Origin: Thermoplasmata archaeon
GTDB taxonomy: Archaea > Thermoplasmatota > Thermoplasmata > Lutacidiplasmatales > UBA184
Direction of reading: 5' to 3'
DNA: 60,664 bases
Assembly (NCBI GenBank): GCA_021826685.1
Contig: JAKAYT010000005.1
Span: 1,068-61,731, forward strand
Shown here one piece after another: positions 55,855 to 60,664 of this stretch. The notes under the pieces were generated by a model. The model was not told where the DNA came from. It worked only from the letters and a program-made list of their open reading frames with translations, and did not search any database. Numbering within the stretch: the first letter of the stretch is position 1; each line of letters starts with the position of its first letter. Position numbers and translations under genes: made by a program.

Positions 55855-55961
55855 CGCCCGTGCTGGGATTCGAACCCAGGTCTGAGGCTCCGCAGGCCTC
55901 TAGGATAATCCATTGTAGCGGGTCGGGAGACGCTCCCGCCCCGTAGCTACCCCACACGGGC
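55855..55961 (-). tRNA. tRNA-Arg(GCG) with a 32-nt intron in the D-loop (55913-55944)
   Basis: Acceptor GCCCGUG/CACGGGC, anticodon arm GAGGC-CUGCGGA-GCCUC, T-arm CUGGG-UUCGAAU-CCCAG. Removing the insert restores a 75-nt tRNA. Confidence 0.93.
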
Positions 55962-56090
55962 ACCCGGTGTTTGCTCGCCGACGGCGCGGCGAGCGAGCGA
56001 AGCCCCGTATAAAACAGCGTACCGAGTCTCGGAGTCTCGCTCTCCCAGAATTTATAGCGGCCTCGTTCCCTCGCGCCGAGAGCGGCATCG

Positions 56091-57407
56091 ATGACAGGGT
56101 CACGAGGCGAGGATCCGTGGGAGCAACTCCGCTCGCTACCGAAGGGCCAGGACATCGAGGTCACCGATGCGGAGGGTCGACGCTGGGTCGGGACCGTGAT
56201 CCCTCACCACGAATTCTCGGGCGATCGCATTCTACAGATCAAGCTCGAGAGCGGATACAACGTCGGACTTCGCATCGGCCCGGGGGTCTCCTACCGACTG
56301 CGCTCCCCCTCCCGCTCCACGCCCCCTCCCCCCGAACCCCCATCCACGGACCGCCCGGCCGCGCCGGAGCGGGAGAGTGTCACGTTGCTGACGACCGGCG
56401 GCACCATCGCATCGCGCGTCGATTACGAAACGGGGGGGGTTCGTCCGGTCAAGACCGAGTCCGAGCTCCTGGAGTTTTATCCGGATCTCGACGCGGACGG
56501 CCCAGTCCATGCCCTGCCGGTCCTCGACCGCCTCAGTGAGAACATCGTGCCGGAAGACTGGGCGGTGCTCGCGGAGGCCGTGCGAGGATCGTTCGCGGCC
56601 GGCAGTCGCGGCGTGGTCATCGCCCACGGAACGGACACCCTCGGTTTCACGGCGGCCGCGCTCGCCTACCTCCTTCCGCGCCTTCCGGGTCCGGTGGCGC
56701 TGGTGGGCGCCCAACGATCTCCGGACCGACCCTCCTCGGACGGGCGCTCGAATCTGCAAGCCGCCGTTCGGCTCGCTCGCTCGCGCGAGTTGGGAGAGGT
56801 CGTCGTGGTCATGCACGCCGGCCTCTCCGACGACCGGTTCGCAATCCATCGGGGAACGCGGGTCCGCAAGATGCACTCGACGCGGCGCGACGCGTTCCGG
56901 AGCCCGACGGACGGCCCGCTGGGATACGTCGACGCGAATACGGTCCACTGGGTGCGGCCGCCACGGGCCCCGCACCATGGCCCCCCCACCGTGGATGGGC
57001 CGCTCGACCCGAGCGGAGCGCTGCTCTGGTTCTATCCCGGACTCTCCCCCACCCGCGCGGAAGCGTTTGTGCAGGGCCATCGTGGAATCGTCCTAGCCGG
57101 GACCGGTCTCGGTCACATCGCGGAATCGCATCTCGATTGGATCCGTCGCGCGGTCGACCGAGGCACGGTCGTGGCCATGACGACTCAGTGCCTCGCCGGA
57201 GCGGTCGACCCGTACGTATACGCTACCGGACGGGACCTCGTGCGCGCGGGCGTCACCTACCTCGGCGACCTGCTGCCCGAAACCGCTTACGTCAAGCTCC
57301 TCTGGGCGCTTGGCCACGAGCACGCGGCGGAGGGCGTCCGGAAGAGACTGCTCACGCCCACGGCCGACGACCTGTCCGAACGACGGCGCCCCGAGGAGTT
57401 CGAGTGA
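56091..57407 (+). CDS. gatD: Glu-tRNA(Gln) amidotransferase subunit D
   Basis: IKLESGYNVG, TGGTIASRVDY.TGGV, HGTDT, GAQRS.DRPSSD, RKMHS.RRDAF, D.LPETAYVKL.W.L. Confidence 0.97.
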   Translation: MTGSRGEDPWEQLRSLPKGQDIEVTDAEGRRWVGTVIPHHEFSGDRILQIKLESGYNVGLRIGPGVSYRLRSPSRSTPPPPEPPSTDRPAAPERESVTLLTTGGTIASRVDYETGGVRPVKTESELLEFYPDLDADGPVHALPVLDRLSENIVPEDWAVLAEAVRGSFAAGSRGVVIAHGTDTLGFTAAALAYLLPRLPGPVALVGAQRSPDRPSSDGRSNLQAAVRLARSRELGEVVVVMHAGLSDDRFAIHRGTRVRKMHSTRRDAFRSPTDGPLGYVDANTVHWVRPPRAPHHGPPTVDGPLDPSGALLWFYPGLSPTRAEAFVQGHRGIVLAGTGLGHIAESHLDWIRRAVDRGTVVAMTTQCLAGAVDPYVYATGRDLVRAGVTYLGDLLPETAYVKLLWALGHEHAAEGVRKRLLTPTADDLSERRRPEEFE

Positions 57408-59272
57408 AAGCCGGGCTCGAGGTGCACCAGCAATTGCGCACGGGCAAGCTCTTCTGCCGATGCCCGTGCGAGTTCTCGGAGACCGTTACCGGAACGTTCG
57501 TCCGGCGACTCATCGCGGCCGGAGGAGAGGATCGCTCGATCGATCCCGCGGCCCGTTTCCAAGCCTCCCGTGACCTCCTCTTTCGTTACGAGGTGACTCC
57601 GAGTTCGTGCCTGGTCGAGGCCGATGAGGAGCCCCCGCGCCCGCTCGACCCGGAGGCCCTAGAGACGGCGCTGATCGTCTCGCGCATGCTCGGCGCGCGC
57701 GTGGTCGACGAGATCGAGGTCATGCGGAAGATCGTCGTCGACGGATCGAACACGTCCGGGTTCCAGCGAACGGCACTGATCGCGGTCGACGGAGCGTTGG
57801 AGGTCGACGGGCGACGAATCCCAATCGACTCGATCTCGCTCGAGGAGGACGCGGCGCGCAAGACCGCGGAGGCTCCGGGCGAGGTCACCTACCGCCTCGA
57901 CCGCCTCGGGATCCCGCTCCTCGAGATCGCTACGGCCCCTCAGATCACCAGCGGCCGCGAGGCTCGGGCGGTGGCGGAGGAGATCGGCGCCCTCTTGCGC
58001 GCGACCGACCGCGTCCGTCGCGGCATCGGCTCGATCCGCGAGGATCTCAACGTCTCCGCGGAGGGCGGCCGACGCATCGAGATCAAGGGGGTACAGGAGC
58101 TGCGATGGATCGAGCAGTACGTCGAAACGGAGGTCGAACGGCAGCAGTTGCTCCTCGGGATCCGCGATACGCTCCGAAGCCGTGGGGCGACGGCACCCTC
58201 CGGCGCTGCGGCCGTGCTCACCGATCTCTTCGAGTCGGTGATGGAAGGGCCGCTCGCCCCGCGGGGGGGTCGGGCCCGCCTCGTCTTCGGCATGGCCCTG
58301 CCGGGGTTCGGAGGGCTTCTGAAGTCCCCGCCCGGAAGCTCGGAACGACTGGGCCGAGAGCTCGCGGACCACGCGCGGGCGTTCGGCCTCGCCGGGATTC
58401 TCCACTCGGACGAACTGCCCGGGTACGGCATCGATCGGGACCGTGTGACCCAGGTGCGATCGCGCCTGAAGCTCGCTCCCGACGACGCATTCGTGCTGCT
58501 CGCGGACACTTCCGAGGCGCGCGCCCGCGCTGTCGCGCAATCGATCGCGCAGCGCGCCGCTCAGGCGATCGAGGGGATCCCGGGTGAGACCCGGGACCCA
58601 CTGCCCGAGGGACGCACCCGCTACTCGCGCCCGATTCCCGGCCGGCACCGGATGTACCCCGAGACGGACATCCCACCGATCCCCATCGACGTGGCCGATC
58701 TCGCTCGCGCCGACGCGTTGCGGCCCGAGCGCCCGTCGGAACTCCGTGGGCGGCTTGCGCGCGAGTACGGCCTTCCGAACGACCTCGTCCGGCAGCTCGT
58801 CGCCGCCGGCGAGGCTTCTCGATTCGAGCTCCTCGCGAAGCGCGGTCACACCGCGACGTTGGTGGCGCGTCTGTTGACACAAGATGTCCCCTCGATCGAG
58901 GGCGACCCCGCCTCGACGACCGTCGAAGTGACGACCGATGCGCTCGATGCCGTGCTTCGGGCGAGCGAGCGCGGCACCTTCGCGAAGGAAGGGATCCCCG
59001 CCGTGCTGCGAGAGCTCGCACTCGGAGCGCGCGACGTAGCGACCGCCGCCGAACGCGCGGGTCTCTCGGGACTGAGCGACGATGAGTTCGAAGGGATCGT
59101 CCGCGAGGTGGTGGAGCGAAATCGGGCGCTCGTCCACGAGCGAGGCACGGAGGCGTTCCAGCCCCTGATGGGCGACGTGATGAAGGTGGTCCGGGGCCGG
59201 CGGGACGGGCAGGAGGTCGCGCAACGCCTTCGCCGCGCGATCGAGCGGGCCCGATCGGAGCCGAGCGCGTAG
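57404..59272 (+). CDS. gatE: Glu-tRNA(Gln) amidotransferase subunit E
   Basis: KAGLEVHQQL.T.KLFC.C, CLVEADEEPP, MRKIVVDGSNTSGFQRT, RGIGSIREDLNVS, RMYPETDIP; GTGA overlap with gatD. Confidence 0.97.
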   Translation: MKAGLEVHQQLRTGKLFCRCPCEFSETVTGTFVRRLIAAGGEDRSIDPAARFQASRDLLFRYEVTPSSCLVEADEEPPRPLDPEALETALIVSRMLGARVVDEIEVMRKIVVDGSNTSGFQRTALIAVDGALEVDGRRIPIDSISLEEDAARKTAEAPGEVTYRLDRLGIPLLEIATAPQITSGREARAVAEEIGALLRATDRVRRGIGSIREDLNVSAEGGRRIEIKGVQELRWIEQYVETEVERQQLLLGIRDTLRSRGATAPSGAAAVLTDLFESVMEGPLAPRGGRARLVFGMALPGFGGLLKSPPGSSERLGRELADHARAFGLAGILHSDELPGYGIDRDRVTQVRSRLKLAPDDAFVLLADTSEARARAVAQSIAQRAAQAIEGIPGETRDPLPEGRTRYSRPIPGRHRMYPETDIPPIPIDVADLARADALRPERPSELRGRLAREYGLPNDLVRQLVAAGEASRFELLAKRGHTATLVARLLTQDVPSIEGDPASTTVEVTTDALDAVLRASERGTFAKEGIPAVLRELALGARDVATAAERAGLSGLSDDEFEGIVREVVERNRALVHERGTEAFQPLMGDVMKVVRGRRDGQEVAQRLRRAIERARSEPSA

Positions 59273-59273
59273 C

Positions 59274-60008
59274 ATGCTCCGCTCGCGCGAGCCCCGGGTG
59301 CGGTCCTCCGCCGCTCTCAGCGCGGTCGTGACCGACGTCGACGGAACGCTCACCGACGCGCGGCGTCGGCTCGACCCGGAAGCTCTCGCAACGATCCACC
59401 GGCTCGGCGAACTGCGGGTACCGGTGATCCTCGCGACCGGTAACGTTCTCCCGGTCGCGCTCGGGCTCTACCGTTCCCTTGGCCTCACCACTCCGATCGT
59501 TGCGGAGAACGGGGGACTCCTCTACCTACCTACGGAGAGCCGGGTGCTGCGCCTCGCCGACCCGTCGGTGGCGCTCCGAGCGTTCCGCCGCCTCCGCCGC
59601 GCGAAGCTCCCGGTGCGACGGCTATTCACCGACCGCTGGCGGGAGAGCGAAGTGGCACTGGACACGAGCGTCCCCATCTCGCGGATCCGCCGGGCCCTGC
59701 GCGGATTCCCGATCCAGGTCGAGGGAACCGGGTTTGCGATCCATCTGATCGAGCCCGGGGCCGGCAAAGCGCCCGCGCTGGCCCGCGCGCTGCACCCTCT
59801 CGGCCGAACCCTGGCCGACTGCCTGGTTCTCGGCGACGGGGACAACGACGTGGAGATGCTCCGCGCGGCCGGTTGGGCCGTGAGCTTCCCGAACGGTAGC
59901 CGCGCCGCGCGCGCCGCCGCCGACTACGTCACGCGGGCGAACTTCGCCCAGGGTTTCGTCGAAGGCGTGAAATCGGGCGGACTCCTTGACCGTCGTCGTT
60001 CGAGGTGA
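59274..60008 (+). CDS. HAD-superfamily phosphoglycolate phosphatase (archaeal TA0175 type)
   Basis: DVDGTLTD, LATGN, AENGG, K, GDGDND. Confidence 0.9.
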   Translation: MLRSREPRVRSSAALSAVVTDVDGTLTDARRRLDPEALATIHRLGELRVPVILATGNVLPVALGLYRSLGLTTPIVAENGGLLYLPTESRVLRLADPSVALRAFRRLRRAKLPVRRLFTDRWRESEVALDTSVPISRIRRALRGFPIQVEGTGFAIHLIEPGAGKAPALARALHPLGRTLADCLVLGDGDNDVEMLRAAGWAVSFPNGSRAARAAADYVTRANFAQGFVEGVKSGGLLDRRRSR

Positions 60009-60014
60009 AACCGG

Positions 60015-60179
60015 ATGCTCTCGACCCCGTGCGTCCGCTGCGGAGCTCCTGCGAGTAGGAGCTGCCCGTTCTGCGGCCGGAGCTTCTGCGGCAAGTGTTG
60101 GCCGGACGGCTCCGGCCCGTGTCCCGTTTGCCGAGCCTCCCGTTCCCTCGGGGATCGGTCGGCCGACCGGCTCGCCTAA
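60015..60179 (+). CDS. 54-aa Cys8 zinc-finger microprotein
   Basis: MLSTPCVRCGAPASRSCPFCGRSFCGKCWPDGSGPCPVCR...; GAGGTGA RBS upstream. Below the ORF-track cutoff. Confidence 0.8.
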   Translation: MLSTPCVRCGAPASRSCPFCGRSFCGKCWPDGSGPCPVCRASRSLGDRSADRLA

Positions 60180-60523
60180 GGCAGCTTGCCCCGCGAGTAG
60201 TCGTAGCCCGGCAGGACGAAGGGACCGCGGGGCTCGGATCGGCCGAGCGCGATCAGGACCGCTCCGAACGCGCCGGCGAACAGTCCAAGGCCGAAGAACG
60301 CCCAGGCGTAGTATCCCAGGTGGGGGAATATCCGTACCCAGATGAGCGGGAGACCGGAGCTCGGCGCGATCGCGTGCAGGAAGAGGTTGACGATCACGCC
60401 GAAGCCCCAGCCGAGGACGATCAGCGTGACCCCCGCCGCCTGCCAACCGATCCGCTGGTCGGCCCCGTAGTCTTGAGGAGGGGTAGCGGGAGAGTCCTGG
60501 TGGTCCGCCACGGGCGCGTTCAC
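60176..60523 (-). CDS. Small two-TM membrane protein
   Basis: Two long hydrophobic segments; ends in PFVLPGYDY. Confidence 0.7.
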   Translation of the reverse strand: MNAPVADHQDSPATPPQDYGADQRIGWQAAGVTLIVLGWGFGVIVNLFLHAIAPSSGLPLIWVRIFPHLGYYAWAFFGLGLFAGAFGAVLIALGRSEPRGPFVLPGYDYSRGKLP

Positions 60524-60664
60524 AGGAGCACCGGCCTATAGGGGTTGCTGACGAGCCGCCGCCCCCCCCCACGGCCCGGCGGGGGCCGGGAGGGGGTTCG
60601 TCCCGCTGGGGGGCGCGAAGCCTCAGCGGTCGGTGCGACGGCGGCCGACCAATACGACTACATT

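Noticed and set aside
1-60664. Many long Arg/Pro/Gly-rich ORFs in the track (e.g. 160-1035, 18391-20928, 34383-36251, 41580-43226, 42961-45219)
   Set aside because: They are antisense or alternate-frame shadows of recognisable genes, expected at this GC content, and show no motifs.
1-60664. CRISPR array, rRNA, transposase or integrase
   Set aside because: I saw no regularly spaced repeats, rRNA signatures, or DDE/tyrosine-recombinase motifs by eye.

Overview
This is a GC-rich archaeal window. The gene set (TBP, Cdc6/Orc1, aIF-1A, RPA plus partner, GatDE, class I CCA enzyme, Bud32, Rpp21, archaeal GluRS) is archaeal. A TPP riboswitch and thermopsin-type surface repeats point to Thermoplasmata, which is inference. 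Most of the window is core genome: translation and tRNA maturation, replication, a beta-oxidation/ETF cluster, lipoate, PLP and pyrimidine synthesis, a riboswitch-controlled thiBPQ transporter and aconitase. Two accessory stretches each abut a tRNA 3' end: a toxin-antitoxin islet after tRNA-Leu(CAA), and a surface-protein/GNAT/MFS block next to tRNA-Arg(GCG). The best leads are: (1) an unannotated ~350-nt nested-helix region divergent from TBP that looks like a structured ncRNA; (2) a tRNA-Arg(GCG) with a 32-nt intron in the D-loop at a relaxed splice motif; (3) a CADD-type self-sacrificing pABA synthase homologue; (4) a ThiI-like Fe-S sulfurtransferase without its THUMP domain; (5) a TPP riboswitch with variant bases; (6) hidden pseudogenes and small ORFs absent from the ORF track. 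All calls come from manual motif reading; no searches or folding programs were run, and many start codons are best estimates.
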